Shown: positions 11,674 through 24,834 of the stretch, in pieces | Layout of the letters: every line of letters starts with the position of its first letter | Numbering within the stretch: position 1 is the stretch's first letter | Source: Octopus sinensis | Lineage: Eukaryota | Direction: 5' to 3' | Assembly: GCF_006345805.1 (NCBI RefSeq) | Contig: NC_042998.1 | Span: 199,082,001-199,146,000 of the forward strand | DNA: 64,000 nt | The notes under the pieces: model-generated | What the model was told of the DNA's origin: nothing | What the model saw: only the letters and a program-made list of their open reading frames with translations | Database searches by the model: none | Program-made: the position numbers and the translations under genes

Positions 11674-13533
11674 CTACAGGATCATGCTCAAAATGGTTTC
11701 GTTACTAGCACGCACCATCTTTGCAACATTCACCCATCTTTTTTTTAATCTTTCGCGAGACAAAACTTCCCTCTCCATTCTCACCTTCCTTTTCAAGTGG
11801 TACTTGAAAAAGTTGATGAGCGATTGGCCAGAGAGGTAAGTGTTTGTCTCTAATCCTTTCGCTCGAGTCCACCACACACATTCTTTCACCATGGCCACCA
11901 GTACGATGAAAACTGCCTTGCCTTCCCGGTTGAGGGAAGGGGGCGGAGCAATTCTCACGATAGACTCGGCCGATAGGCGGATTCGTCCCACACGTGACAG
12001 CAGCCGTTCGGCATAAGCCCACAGGTCGGAAATGGTTGGACATTGCACGAGTGCGTGCAGAACGGTTTCGTCGCTCTGACCGCATCTCGGGCAAGTCGGT
12101 CCAGTGTGTCTGGAACCGTGTCTGTAGAGCTTATCCCGAACAGGTAATGCTTCTCGATAGCACTGCCAGGCCAGGGATCTTTGGTGATTGTTCATAGGTC
12201 CCGGCCCGAAAGTTGTCCTGAACAGGCGGGTCAGGTGTTCCTCGTCGACGCCCAGACTCTGCCCGAGTTCGTCGTCGCACCTCCCCTCCACTAATCCTCT
12301 ATAGAATGCCTTTGTTGTGATGGAGTCGCACAAGTTCGATCCCGGACGGCAGAGTTGCTTGAGAGCAACGCGACACTCGCGGTGCCATTCGCCTAGCCTC
12401 GGTCTCTGCTTGATCCATGACTGTAGTTCGTCCAAGGAGACGAGCTGCGGGAAAGCGCGCCGCACAAAAGGCGACCACCCCTGTTCACCGTTGTCTATGA
12501 AGCGCCGGAGATGTCGCAGTCTCAGCGCATGTCTGCGCATCATCAACCACGGCATGCCCAGCCCTCCATTTAGCGGGTGTTGGCAGCAAATGGATCGTCT
12601 AACCATCGGAACGTTTCCCTTCCACAAGAAGCGGAAGAGTATGCGTTCCAGTTTGGTGATGGTAGGGTCGGGACAAGGCACGACGGTCAGACGATACTCG
12701 ATGACGGATACGATGTACGCGTTCGCCACCTCCGCCCGACCTTTTAGGGATAGCTTTCTCTCAGTCCATTTCTGGGTGAGAGTAGCCACCCTAGTCGTTA
12801 TCTCGCCCCAGTTCTTCTCCATTTGGAGGTCCGGACCGAACCAGACCCCGAGCAATTTAACCGGTCCGTCCGTCCAGCGTCCCACGATGGAGACGCTGTT
12901 GGACGGCATGGGCTTGCTTCTCCAGGTGCCGAGCCGCAAGCCCACTGACTTTTCCCGGTTAATTTTTGCTCCCGTTACCGCTTCGTATTCTTTCAGTGTC
13001 TCGCCGACCAGCTCGATGTGCTCGTAGCTCGACACTATGACGGTGACGTCATCCGCGTATGCAGACACGCTCCTCCCGCATCCCAGCTCTCGTGGGATGC
13101 CCCTCAGCGTCGCCAGTTTCCGCAGTAGTGGCTCAAGAGTCAGTACATACAGCAGCGATGAGAGGGGGCATCCCTGACGAACCGAACGCATGATGTTAAA
13201 AGGTCTGGATAGATGACCATTTACGCGAACTACTGAGCGGATGCCGCTGTATAAGGCAGCGATCCAACCGCGGAAAACTGGACCGAAACCAGCCGCTTTG
13301 AGGACAGCCTCCAAGTAGTGATGGTCTACCCTATCGAAGGCTTTTGATTGATCCAAATTGATCAGCGCCCCCCCCATGCCAGGATTTTTAACTACCCTGT
13401 CTATGATGTAGCGCATCAGATGGAGGTTGTCATGAATACTTCTACCCGGCACGGCGCATGTTTGCGCCTTGTCGATTAGTTTCTTGATGACAAGCGCCAA
13501 CCTCTCGGCTAACACCTTGGCCAAAATTTTCAA
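11674..13533 (-). CDS. Tx1 ORF2, uninterrupted reverse transcriptase and C-terminal zinc-finger portion
   Basis: LINLDQSKAFDRVDH, SVRQGCPLSSLLY, AYADDVT, CPRCGQSDETVLHALVQC. Confidence 0.93.
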   Translation of the reverse strand: MKILAKVLAERLALVIKKLIDKAQTCAVPGRSIHDNLHLMRYIIDRVVKNPGMGGALINLDQSKAFDRVDHHYLEAVLKAAGFGPVFRGWIAALYSGIRSVVRVNGHLSRPFNIMRSVRQGCPLSSLLYVLTLEPLLRKLATLRGIPRELGCGRSVSAYADDVTVIVSSYEHIELVGETLKEYEAVTGAKINREKSVGLRLGTWRSKPMPSNSVSIVGRWTDGPVKLLGVWFGPDLQMEKNWGEITTRVATLTQKWTERKLSLKGRAEVANAYIVSVIEYRLTVVPCPDPTITKLERILFRFLWKGNVPMVRRSICCQHPLNGGLGMPWLMMRRHALRLRHLRRFIDNGEQGWSPFVRRAFPQLVSLDELQSWIKQRPRLGEWHRECRVALKQLCRPGSNLCDSITTKAFYRGLVEGRCDDELGQSLGVDEEHLTRLFRTTFGPGPMNNHQRSLAWQCYREALPVRDKLYRHGSRHTGPTCPRCGQSDETVLHALVQCPTISDLWAYAERLLSRVGRIRLSAESIVRIAPPPSLNREGKAVFIVLVAMVKECVWWTRAKGLETNTYLSGQSLINFFKYHLKRKVRMEREVLSRERLKKRWVNVAKMVRASNETILSMIL

Positions 13534-15108
13534 ATCTGCGTTGAGCAGAGTGATGGGCCTGAAATTATCTATGACGTCCCCTTGTTTGGGTCTTTCTTGA
13601 TCAGTGCCACTGCTCCTCGCTTTACAAAAGCAGGAATACTCCCGTTCTGCTGCCAGTTGCAGTAGACAGCTGCCAAGACGCCTCCAAACAAGTCTGGCAT
13701 ATGAAAATAAAATTCGTAGGGCAGACCATCCAAGCCTGGTGACTTGTCTCTCGCGCAGCCTACCATCGCATCCTGTACATCCGCAGCTGTGATAGGCTTT
13801 TCACAAGACTCCACCTCCCTTGCTGAGAGTCGTGGCAAGGCATGCAGGTAGGCACTAAAGTCCACTCTGCTTTCTGACTCACACTTGTCCCAAACAGTTG
13901 GGTGAAGTGTTGTTGAAAAACCCCACACATCCTTTTAGGCTCGAGCAATTCGCGCCCCTGTTCATCTATAAGAGACTTGATGGTGGCTCTGTTGCCTCGT
14001 TGCGTCTCCACCACTCGGGCCTCTTGGGCGGCTCCAACTCCTTCGTTCCTCAGAGCACGCATCCTAGCTCTGACAACGCATCCCTCGTGTTTGGCGTTGA
14101 GGTGTTGGTCGAGGGCCAATCTCGCCGCCAGTACGTTGGACGCGATGCCAGTTCTAAGTGCCTCTTCTAAAACCTTAACTAATTCTCCCTCTATTCTATT
14201 TCGGTCTAATGCTAAGGCTCTACTGTATCTGACTGATTCTGCTTTAATCGCTTTTTTTAGGGCATACCACCATCTGTTGTTGATGATGGTACCCGTCAAA
14301 GCTCTCTTAACTAATGTGCTGATCCGGTCCCTGTAAACCTGTCGTGCTGTAAAAGACGCGTTCAGTTTCCAGTAACCAGGACCCTGCCTATGTGTCTTAT
14401 CTAAGTCAAGTGTACAAGTCACAAACTTGTGATCTGTGTAACTGACTATATGAAATTGTGGACAACCTACACTATTTTTATCTATTGTCCTACAGAATAC
14501 TCTGTAAGTATGATCTGGACGACCCGATGCGGTTACTCCATGTCCACATTGGCACATTCGGGTGGTCCAGTCGGTACCTGTCAGACAGTTGGAAACGTCT
14601 GAGCAGGTCTTTGAGGCATTTGCATCCCCTTCTATTGCTATCTCTGCCCACGTAGTCTAGATGCGTGTCCAGGGTGGCATTCCAATCCCCCACTAAAAGT
14701 AAAGGACGAGACGTTCCCATGAAAGACTCTAGACGTCGAAAGAAATCTGGTCGGCCTGTTAAGGACGGAGCATAAACTGCTATAGTCGAAAAAAGCACAC
14801 TCATTGCTGCCATCGACATCCAAAACGACCAGCCTACCCTCCGGGTCTAGGAAATTTGCTCTTACTTTGAGATCCAGACTCTTCCGGATAAGCACCGCGG
14901 TGCCACCTCCGCCCATTCTCGGTAGACACGGAGAAAAATAAATGTTGAAATGTGTACCGAAAATGTGCTGGAGTGCCCGCAAGCTGTGGAGTCTGGTCTC
15001 ACTGATGGCTATGATATTCAGATTTAGTGACTTGATGTCATTTAACAGGTAGCCTTGTTTCCAAGGCGACCCCAAGCCACGTACATTTATACTACCTATT
15101 CTGAGCAT
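11674..15108 (-). pseudogene. Tx1 ORF2 (APE endonuclease + RT), split by ~4 small frameshifts in this assembly
   Basis: Start MLRIGSINVRGL at 15108; APE motifs IAISET, GDWNA, TDHKFV in successive frames (14638-15108, 14490-14819, 13760-14557, 13569-13928) lead into the RT frame. Confidence 0.88.
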
Positions 15109-15149
15109 GTTCCGATAAAAGTGCAAAAAAGGAAAAGGAGAGAGAAAAG

Positions 15150-17297
15150 GTTACTTGTTTTTCGAAAGTTCTTTGTCTTTCACCTCACGGTCTTCTTCTA
15201 TGAGGCTTTTATACAGTTTTTTCGATGAGTACTTTTGAAATCTCCCTACTGCATCAGGGTAAAGAGATTTCAGGGTGTGCTGTATGTGTTCTGTGTCACG
15301 TGTATTATTTTAATGTGTTGTGGTGGTGTTGTATGTGGTGGTTACTTGTTTTTATGTCGTTTTCAGTAATGTTAGTGTTTGACCTAATGTGTTCCATTAG
15401 GTCGTGGTTGTTTGTGTTTATGGCTGTCAACATTTTTGGGGGGTTTGATGATGGTGTGTTTGTGTTGATGTGTGTGTTTTCTGTGGATTTTTGTTTCGGG
15501 AGTGGTGTATCTTCCCGCTTTGTTTGTTATTTTTTCTTTTCTTTTTTTTTCCCCTTTTTCTTCTCCCCCCTGTGGCTATTTGCCAATCTTCCGTGTCTTC
15601 TTCGTCTAATGACAGATCAGACGAATCGGAGTCTGGAAGAGGGAAAGTATTGGGGTCTATTGTCGACTGTGTTGGTTTTGTTGTTGGTGTTGGTTGGTGA
15701 GCGTTGGTTGTGGTGTATGCGGTTTTGGATGTGGGGTTTGGGTATTTTGTGTTTGAGTGATTGTGGGTATTGTTGTGTGTTTTTAGGGTCTCAATTTTGT
15801 GGGGATTTGGAGTTGTAATTGTTTCTTCATTTTTGCTGGGTGTGTTTTTGGCAGATGTCCTTGGTTTGGGAGTTGGTATATTCTTGGTTGTTGTTGTTGG
15901 TGATGCTGCTTCTGTTCTTGGTGCTGCAGTTGGTTGTGTGGTTGTTGTTTGGTGAGGTTTGTTCCTGCAAAAAGTGGTGTGGGTAGTAAACCTTGTTTAT
16001 TTGTTTGTGTTCCGGCTGCTGTTGTTGTTGCTGTTGTTTTCTTGCGGCAGATTTGCAGTCTTTTTTGAGGTGTTGCTCACTGCCGCATATGTAGCAACGT
16101 GGTCTTCTGCCATCGACGACCACATATAACTTGTGGTCGTCTGATACACATATCTGGGTGGGTATTTTTTTTATATCCTCATGATGTATATGTAGAAGAA
16201 ATTCTATTTTTTGTCCCACCCAGTTTTTATGCTCTGTGACTGTGGTTTCCAAAATAGTATAATTCGCCATTTTTACGCATAAGGCCTTTACAAGCCATAG
16301 ACTATTGGCTATTTTGGGGACATTGTTTAGAGTGATCTTAGTCACTTTCTGTCCCCGATAGCTTGGTGTAAGTTGGAGTTCATCTGAGTGAAGAGTTAGC
16401 GTTGAGAAATGTCTAGCTAACTCTTCGGTGTAGAAAACAACTTGTATGTGGGCAAATTTGTTCCACCAGGTTACATATTCTTTGTGATCCCAGATGGGTT
16501 TCAAGCACTTCTCTATTTTGCTTGTGTTGGCCTTCTCTGGGATTTTTGTTTTTTTGTTAACTATTTTATAAATGATTGTTCGTCTTTTTTCATTTTCCAA
16601 AATATCTTCTGGTATGTTTATTTTTACTATACCTTCTGATTCTGTTATTTTGATGTTCGTGTCCTGTATTTGTTGAGCCGTAAAGTATATTGTTGTTTTT
16701 TTTTCTTTAATCGCCTCAGCGAAATTTGTTGTTGTTTTGTTATTGTTGTTGCTTGTGGTGATGTTGTTGTTGGCTGCAGTTTGTAAAATTGGTGTGTTTG
16801 GTTCGATCGTGCTAGTAGGAAGGGGTGGAAAATTGCCTGCGTACTTTAGTCCTGCACTAGGGCAAAATTCGACATTTCGTTTGCTTGTCGTCGTTATTTT
16901 TTCACTTGTTGGTGATGGAGTGAGCAGTGGTTGAAGGGAATTGTTGTTGTCGTCGTTGTTGTTGTTGTTATTGTCGTTCTTGGTGACGGCGGTGGTGTTG
17001 GTAGTATTAGTAGCATTGACGGCACGGTCTTTGGTGGCGGTGATGGTGATTGTGTTATTGGTGGCGATATTTAGTAGGGATAGCAGTTTTAGTAGCAGAT
17101 TCTGCCATGGTGTTGGTGGTGGTGGTGGACTCACTGATGGTGTTGACGGTGCTTGGCCTTGCGACCTTTGTTTTGTATTTGTTGCTGTTGGTGGTGGTGG
17201 AGTTGTCAGGTTCGGCGTATGCTAACAGAGCATCCTGTTTTTCTGTTTCTGCGTCACGCTTCACTTGCAACTCAGCCTCGTGGTGGCCAGTGGCCAT
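15150..17297 (-). pseudogene. Tx1 ORF1 (gag-like nucleic-acid-binding protein), frameshifted
   Basis: Start MATGHHEA at 17297; main frame 15827-17134 carries CYICGSEQHLKKDC (CX2CX4HX4C, 16055-16096); C-terminus ...EVKDKELSKNK* ends ~40 nt before the ORF2 ATG. Confidence 0.8.
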
Positions 17298-17515
17298 TTT
17301 GGAAATAAAATGGCTAAATGAAACCACGAAGGCTATGAGAATTTTTTCTTTTAAATTTTGCCCACAAGGGGCAAAATTTTGTGTCGATATTTATCAAAGG
17401 TTTACAGTGGATGTTGTTGCACAACTTTTAAGCACAAAATGTTTGTCAATATACACTTTTAAATGGTCAAAATAAATGATTACCTTCGGAGCTGAAACGA
17501 CATCACATCCGTCAG

Positions 17516-17850
<335 letters not shown>

Positions 17851-18205
17851 CTGGTAATCAGCTGAAACTAAAGACAAACGGGAAGAAAATATGGAAGGGG
17901 ATTGACCGAAAGAAAAGTATGAATAAAACGCATATTGTCGAATTAACCTGGCAGGGACAAAACAAATTATGAAATTTGATACTGTTACAGCAAAAATCAA
18001 AGGATTAATGAAATGATGTCCTTCTCAGTAGACTATAGCATTTAAAAGAACTTTATTAGTGTATATTACTGGTATCAAATTTCAAGTCACAAAGTAAAGC
18101 AATGTTAAAAATTCTCCCTACAGAATCGAATGTAGGTTTTTATATTAATTATAAGCAAAGGGTAGAAACAAGCCGCAAGTGACACTATTAATAATAATAA
18201 TATTC

Positions 18206-18408
18206 ATTTCTTTATTCTCCACAGGGGGCTAAACATAGAGGGGGCAAACAAAGGGATTAAGTCGATAAGATCGACCCCAGTGCGTAATCGACTCTGAAAG
18301 GATGAAAGGCAAAGTCGACGTCGGTGGAATTTGAACTCACAACGTAACGGCAGACGAAATACCTATTCCTCACTACCCACAAGGGGCTAAGCATAGAGAG
18401 GACGAACA
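18206..18408 (-). mobile_element. SINE-A, partial tandem units
   Basis: Contains the junction cggcagacgaaatacctatt. Confidence 0.8.
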
Positions 18409-18460
18409 TGTGATTAGGGGGCAAGCTTCTTACCACGCAGCCACTCCTGCGCCTATTATA

Positions 18461-18503
<43 letters not shown>

Positions 18504-18513
18504 TATATATATA

Positions 18514-18579
<66 letters not shown>

Positions 18580-18598
18580 ACATATTTATGTGTGAGTG

Positions 18599-18630
<32 letters not shown>

Positions 18631-18646
18631 CGTCCAAATAATAATA

Positions 18647-18856
18647 ATCCTTTCTACTATAGGCACAAAACCAGTAATTTCGGGTGTTAAGTCGGTTAAA
18701 TCGACCCCAGCACTCAAATGGTACATTATTTATCGACTCCGAAAGGATGAAAGGCAGAGTCGACCTCGGCGGAATTTGAACTCAAAGCTTAAAGACGGAC
18801 GAAATGTCGCTAAGCATTTTGCCCGGTGTGCTAACGATTCTGCCAGTTTGCCACAT
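18647..18856 (-). mobile_element. SINE-A head with an alternative tail (...gtgcctatagtagaaaggatt(att)n)
   Basis: A-type head and body, different 3' 40 nt. Confidence 0.75.
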
Positions 18857-18870
18857 TAATAATAATAGCC

Positions 18871-18921
<51 letters not shown>

Positions 18922-19406
18922 TATCGTTAATACAAGAATAAATCCAAGCAAATATATATAGATATATGTAGGATTTGTAAATTGATACTAGACAAGCTAA
19001 TATCTGTTTTTAATGAGTATGTTGATATACACCTATGGGATAATTCAGGGGAAGAAGTTAACTGGTTCGTAAATGTAAGACAAAAGTTAATTATCTTTCG
19101 TACAATATGGTATTCTATATTCCCTATTTTATTAAATAAGGCCTTCATTTTTGCTATTAAAAAATCGTAAAAATTAATAATGATGAAATTAATATTATAA
19201 TTGTAGATAGGACTCGAATTTCTTTCCAGAGGGAACTAGAAAATAAGTTCAACATAAAGATGGTTTCATTGGACTCGACCCAAGTAAGCGAATTGATGAG
19301 TTTATTCCTACCGAACAAAACTCCGTATCTGAATGACGCTCTCTTAACAGCTTATAGTTAAACTCCTTCCCGCTTAGAAAGAGTTAGCTAATTGTTCAAA
19401 GCCTCC

Positions 19407-19523
19407 CTTGACCTCAAGTGGCCTGAACTCTTTACATGAACACCACCCTGTACTTAACTCCATGTCCCCCTACATGACCTTGAGCCAAATTAACTAACTA
19501 ACTAACATAATTTTGAGCCAAAT

Positions 19524-19553
<30 letters not shown>
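19407..19553 (+). mobile_element. CR1 3' UTR/tail fragment
   Basis: tggcctgaactcttt.catgaacacc...gagccaaattaactaact matches 9899-10001. Confidence 0.75.
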
Positions 19554-19555
<2 letters not shown>

Positions 19556-20169
19556 CATTTTCTTGGAAGTTTTAATTTATTCATCAAGCTCCAAAAAATG
19601 GAATAAAATTAGTAAATTTCCTGGGTTTAATATTAAGATTATACTCTAATACATACAGCCCATGCGATAAACCAAATTAAATTATACATTATATACAAAC
19701 ATTATTAAGTCATAGAAATTCAGCTATGAATAGTGTAGTTTCCATAGGAATCTTAAATTTTTTTGATGGTGAAAAATATTAGAAATAATGCTAAACATAA
19801 TAAAATTCATAAACGTAGTGGCTGCAAAGACACGCTTTCAAATTAAGGAAATACTGAACTTAAACTAACATTGAAAAATACCAGTACAGGGTATCCTAAG
19901 AATAAAATGGATGGGATGGATAACATGATGACCAACTCAAAAACTCTTTATCGAACAACTTTTAATATCTCAATTAACCCAACGGTAATGGATAGTAGTT
20001 TTTTCATTAAGAATCATAGCACTTATAATAATGCTAAAATAGAAGATAATAAGTATACTCAGAGTTCTTCAATCACTAGAGTAGTTTATTCTACAGAAGT
20101 GATATTAGTATTAAGAAATACAACTCTGAAAAAATGTATAACTTACAATAGAAGAAAAATGTAGGGAGA

Positions 20170-21060
20170 GTGAAATATTCTGGTATAAAACTCCATTTGC
20201 CAATATCATACGAACCTCTGTCCCCCGAAAATCTTTTTGCATTTACTGGAAAGAAATTTCCCTCCTAGCCATAGTTATGAAATATTTAATAGAAAAAATA
20301 TTAACCTCTCATATTCAATTACTCCTAATTTTGTAGCCATTATAACCCCTAAAACAGGGTAAAATTGGAAGTTATGAAGGTGGGATATAATTACACGACG
20401 AAGAAGATAATAACTCGTAGTGCAAAAACTAAATCTGCAATTTTAGTAAATATTACTGCAAAGAATGATTATATGACCGGGGCTTCTAAGGAATGTGAAT
20501 GTAGTAGTTATGTTAATATAAAGACCTTAACCCCTTTTAACTCTAGTGCTAGTTCAAATTAAAAATTAGATGAACAAATTGATTCTTTGATAACACCGCA
20601 TGAAAGTTCGTACATATAATAATTTAGATAGAGCTCCTGATATGGGAAGCAACTGTAATTGTAAGCCTAAGAAAGAATGTCCCTTAGATGGTAAGCATAT
20701 ACATGAGAACTTAATTTACAAGTTTGTCATAAGAATTAATTATATTCGTTTTTGCATTGGAGCTACATCTAACTAGGCCGAGAAAAAGAATTTCTATTCA
20801 TAAGCATTCCCGTATTAATAAATTAAAATTTTCTACATCACTGGCAGAATATATTTCTCCTTTAAAATTTAAGAATATAAGGTATCGTATTAATTGATCT
20901 ATTTTAGCTTCAGCCAAACTCTATCAAAGCGACAAACCTGGATACTCTGTCTGCATGAGGCCCTGAATATGTATTAACTAATAGTGTGAATTTTACTAAA
21001 CAAACACAATGAATTAATCGTTAATTGTACGCCTAAATTAAAATTAACATTCCATCATAA
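20170..21060 (+). pseudogene. Penelope-like element (Neptune-type) linker and GIY-YIG endonuclease relic
   Basis: Manual translation gives FWYKTPF..., KIFLHLLERNFPPSHSYEIFNRKNINLSYSITPN, CNCKPKKECPLDG, CIGATS, TSLAEYI, LCLHE, LLNKHNELIVNC. Confidence 0.65.
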
Positions 21061-21269
21061 TCTTAGGGCAATTGTTAATTACCGTATAAGATAGCGATGC
21101 ATCTTCCTCACCGCCACCATCATCATTTCTGTCTGTTTTTTTTCCAAATTTTCTCAACCACTTTGAATTTGTCTTTTGTTTTAGCCTCTATCTCTATCAG
21201 CTGCTGAAATCTTAAGTGAGATTCATATTCTACTAATTCGATCCTATATATATGTGTGTGTGTGTATGC

Positions 21270-21357
<88 letters not shown>

Positions 21358-21373
21358 GCATACATACATACAC

Positions 21374-21405
<32 letters not shown>

Positions 21406-21589
21406 TTGTGTGTATGTATGTATGTATGTATGTATGTATGTATGTATGTATGTATGTATGTATGTATGTATGTATGTATTACAGTTCTCAGTCTTGAATT
21501 TTGTAACATACTTCTTTGTGTGAAAAACCTTTGACTCTGACAGTTGCCCTTTCATTCTGCCTTAACTCGCATATAAACTCCATGTTTTA

Positions 21590-22045
21590 ACAAGGCGGAT
21601 ATTTTGCTTGTGACAGATAAGAAAAAGTATGTGCAGCCATAGAAGTCAGCTGTCCTGCTGATGTGAATATCTCTTTGAAAATCAAGGAGGAAGAAAATAA
21701 CTATAAACATCTGATTCGAAGCTTCCAGCTTCTATAGCTTCTACGTCCAGAATATAAACTCACATTTATACCAATAATAAATGGTGCGCTTGGTTTTATG
21801 TGTAAATGCCTAAATGTGAATCTCGCTAAGCTCAGGTTTTCAGAAAAAGAAACCAACCAAACTCACACATTACAAATACAATTTGTAAATGGAAAAGTAA
21901 AAACGTGCAAGACTTTTCTCAAGTTTAAAATGTGGCATTGTTTTACTTATCTCGGATTCCAAAGATTCTTAGAAACCGCAAATATACGTTATTTGTTCCC
22001 TCGGTACAGAGATCATTTAACATTTGATCTCTGTAACATATAATA
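21590..22045 (+). pseudogene. RLE-type (R4/Dong/R2-like) LINE C-terminal endonuclease relic
   Basis: NKADI..., EVSCPADVNISLKIKEEENNYKHL, FIPIINGALG; ends in taataat. Confidence 0.55.
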
Positions 22046-22454
22046 ATGTGTTAGACTGATGGTCTGTTATGGTTAAGCATTCAACTGGACATGCAATGCC
22101 GTGGTTACAAACGACCACAACGGTGAAACTTCATGAGACGACTTAAAATGGACAACATGCGACAATATCTAACCGGCTAAACTTGATGTTAGCTTTATTT
22201 TTTTATACTATTAAACAGCTTATTTGTAGCACTACTATAATTCTATTGGAATAGATTTATTGTTTACTTGTTGTATGAGCTAATAAACTCTAATTTATAT
22301 CTTCTGACTAAAGCTAGTTTCGTTTACTAACTAATCATATGTTATATAGAATTTACATAAGTTGAGGTATTCTGCAAGAATACTATATTTATATTATGTT
22401 GTGTGTAGTTACACTTGTTTTCCTTTTGCTTTCGTTGTATTATCTAAATAATAA

Positions 22455-23616
22455 GACTGGTCAACAAAATAAAACTTTTATTTTCTGGCATAAAATCTTA
22501 GAGCTGTTTTAGACCAATTTTGGGGTGCTGATTCCAAAACTGACCCCAGATTTGCTTTATCGCATCAAATTTCTGTGCCATCGGTATATACCTTTATTTA
22601 CCTGGATCATACCAAAAGTTAACTTTACACCACTATTTGCGGAAATTTGGGCTGGATTTGAATATGTTCAAGGTGAGTTTTGCTTTAAAACCATTCCTCT
22701 TCTTTTCAGGTGTGAACTGAGCCACTGTGATCTAGTTATCGATGCATCAAGAAGAAGGACCAGCTGTAATGACCCCGATATCTTCTGTTACATCTGTGAA
22801 AACCTCACTCTACAGGCTCAAAGGCACAACATTAATAACTTTATCAAAAAGGTGTATCTTACTTACTTTAAAGTAGCACTTGGAGACCAGAACAAAACCT
22901 GGGCTCCCTGCAAAGTTTTCAAAACCTATGTTGAAACTTGGTGTGATGAAGAAATTCATCAAAGCTCTTGATCACAGTGGAGACGCTTCGGGTATCAATG
23001 TGCAAATTTTCCGAGTCTCAGTAATGAGAAGAAGGTAGGAATATTGGATGGACCTCAGTTAAGAACATTCCTCAAGAATCCACATTTTGCTGCAACAATG
23101 AGTGCGGTGGAGGCTAGAACTTGGAATGCCTTCCCTGATGTGGTGTGGAATTTCATTGGAAACAGGAAAGCTGACAACTATCAAGAGATTGTGGAGAAGC
23201 TGCTTTTGAGCTTGCAAGCGCTTGGATGTAGATTGAGCATTAAATTGCACTTCTTACACAATCACTTGGGTGAATTTCCAGAGAACTTGGGTGATGTTAG
23301 CGAAGAACAAGATGAACGCTTTCATCAAGATGTGAAAGTAATGGAGGAACGCTACCAAGGCCAATCAGAATGAAGGACTACAATGAACAGCGATTTTGTA
23401 TTCATATTTTATTATCGCCAAGCTTGACTCTTACATGGTAATGTGAATTTATTCCCTCAATTTTGTGTTTTGATTTATTAGATTTCAAAAAATCTTGCAA
23501 AACTCAAAAATGTGATCTGATAGACAAAATCTGATGTCAGATTTGGATTCAGCACCCCAAAATTAGCTAAAAACCATTCATAAACCCTTGTGCCTGGAAA
23601 CATGTGTTGACCAGTA
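22455..23616 (+). mobile_element. Chapaev3-type (CMC) DNA transposon, internally deleted
   Basis: TIR actggtcaaca / tgttgaccagt plus subterminal IR (ttttggggtgctga / tcagcaccccaaaa); N-terminal NDPDIFCYIC..LGDQNKTWAP and C-terminal GPQLR..FIGNRKADNY..HLGEFPENLGDVSEEQDERFHQD..MEERYQG. Superfamily assignment is from recalled motifs. Confidence 0.7.
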
Positions 23617-23619
23617 TAT

Positions 23620-23844
23620 ATTTCTTTACTACCCACAAGGGGCTAAACACAGAGGGGACAAACAAGGACAGACACACGGATTAAGTCGATTACATCGACC
23701 CAGTGCGTAACTGGTACTTATCGTCCCCGAAAGGATGAAAGGCAAAGTCGACCTCAGCGGAATTTGAACTCAGAACGTAACGGCAGACGAAATACGGCTA
23801 CGCATTTCGCCCGGCGTGCTAACGTTTCTGCCAGCTCGCCACCT
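23620..23844 (-). mobile_element. SINE-A monomer
   Basis: Full head to tail. Confidence 0.9.
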
Positions 23845-24686
23845 TATGTTTATAATTTACTGAACTGAACAATTTACTGAACTGTCAACCTCACTTCTTT
23901 TTCTGGTTTTTATTATCAGGTACATATAAATTAATCGAATGTTTGGAGGGGAATGTGTACCCATTTGACGTATTTTGAAAGGTGATTCTAGTTTTTTGAA
24001 GCTTACCTTTTATAAGTCCGTTAAAAATTTTTCAGGATTTTGTTTCCTTGGGAAGGAAACAATTGTTTATTTTTGGACGGAATTTGTTCTCTATACATGT
24101 ACCTCTTCCATTTGTTGTAAAAATATATCAAATAGCTTCAAATGGATGACTGCTTTAAATGAACCGAAAATACAAACTGGGAAACGGAAAAAAACATTTT
24201 ATTATGTATTCATTGAAAAAACATTACTATACCACCCGAAAAATGTATACGAAGTGACTGATACAAAAAAAGCGAAAGTGTAATAATAAGAATAACATGG
24301 TAAGTATGCTTTGTTGACAAAGGCTGACGTGTTTACAAACAACAAATTCGACTTCCAGACAAATAGATCACCTCACAGATCGAGACCATCACATGCACAC
24401 ACACGCACGTGCACACACACACATGTATAATATGTGTGCGTGTATACATACACAATCCTGCAAATCACATGCACACACATCAGACATCCGAATAATCTGA
24501 TCTTTTGAAGAAAACAGGAAATTGTGAGTGTGTTTGTGTGTATGACAGTGTGAGTGTGTTTGTGAGTGTTTGTGTGTGTGTGTGTGTGTGTGTGGATGCA
24601 TGCATATGCATGCATCCTGGCAACCTTGAATGTGCAGCAAAATAACTTATAAACAGATATGCGTACACATGCACGCTTCACAAGCA

Positions 24687-24720
<34 letters not shown>

Positions 24721-24775
24721 TGTGTGTGTATGCATGCGAGTGTACATACACACACACATATATAGATATAGATAT

Positions 24776-24834
<59 letters not shown>

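Larger units (their letters stand above)
11371..17515 (-). mobile_element. Full-length Tx1/L1-clade non-LTR retrotransposon
   Basis: ~220-nt 5' UTR, ORF1 with CCHC knuckle, ORF2 APE-RT-CCHC, ~300-nt 3' UTR ending AATAAAAGAAAGT; both ends abut (GATA)n. Confidence 0.93.

Noticed and set aside
12317-13027. 236-aa antisense ORF within the Tx1 RT (and other antisense ORFs over ORF1/ORF2)
   Set aside because: This is an expected shadow frame of a GC-rich coding region.
19700-20560. AT-rich block that looked like a mitochondrial insertion (NUMT)
   Set aside because: No mitochondrial protein motif holds up; a plus-strand frame instead matches a Penelope (Neptune-type) linker.
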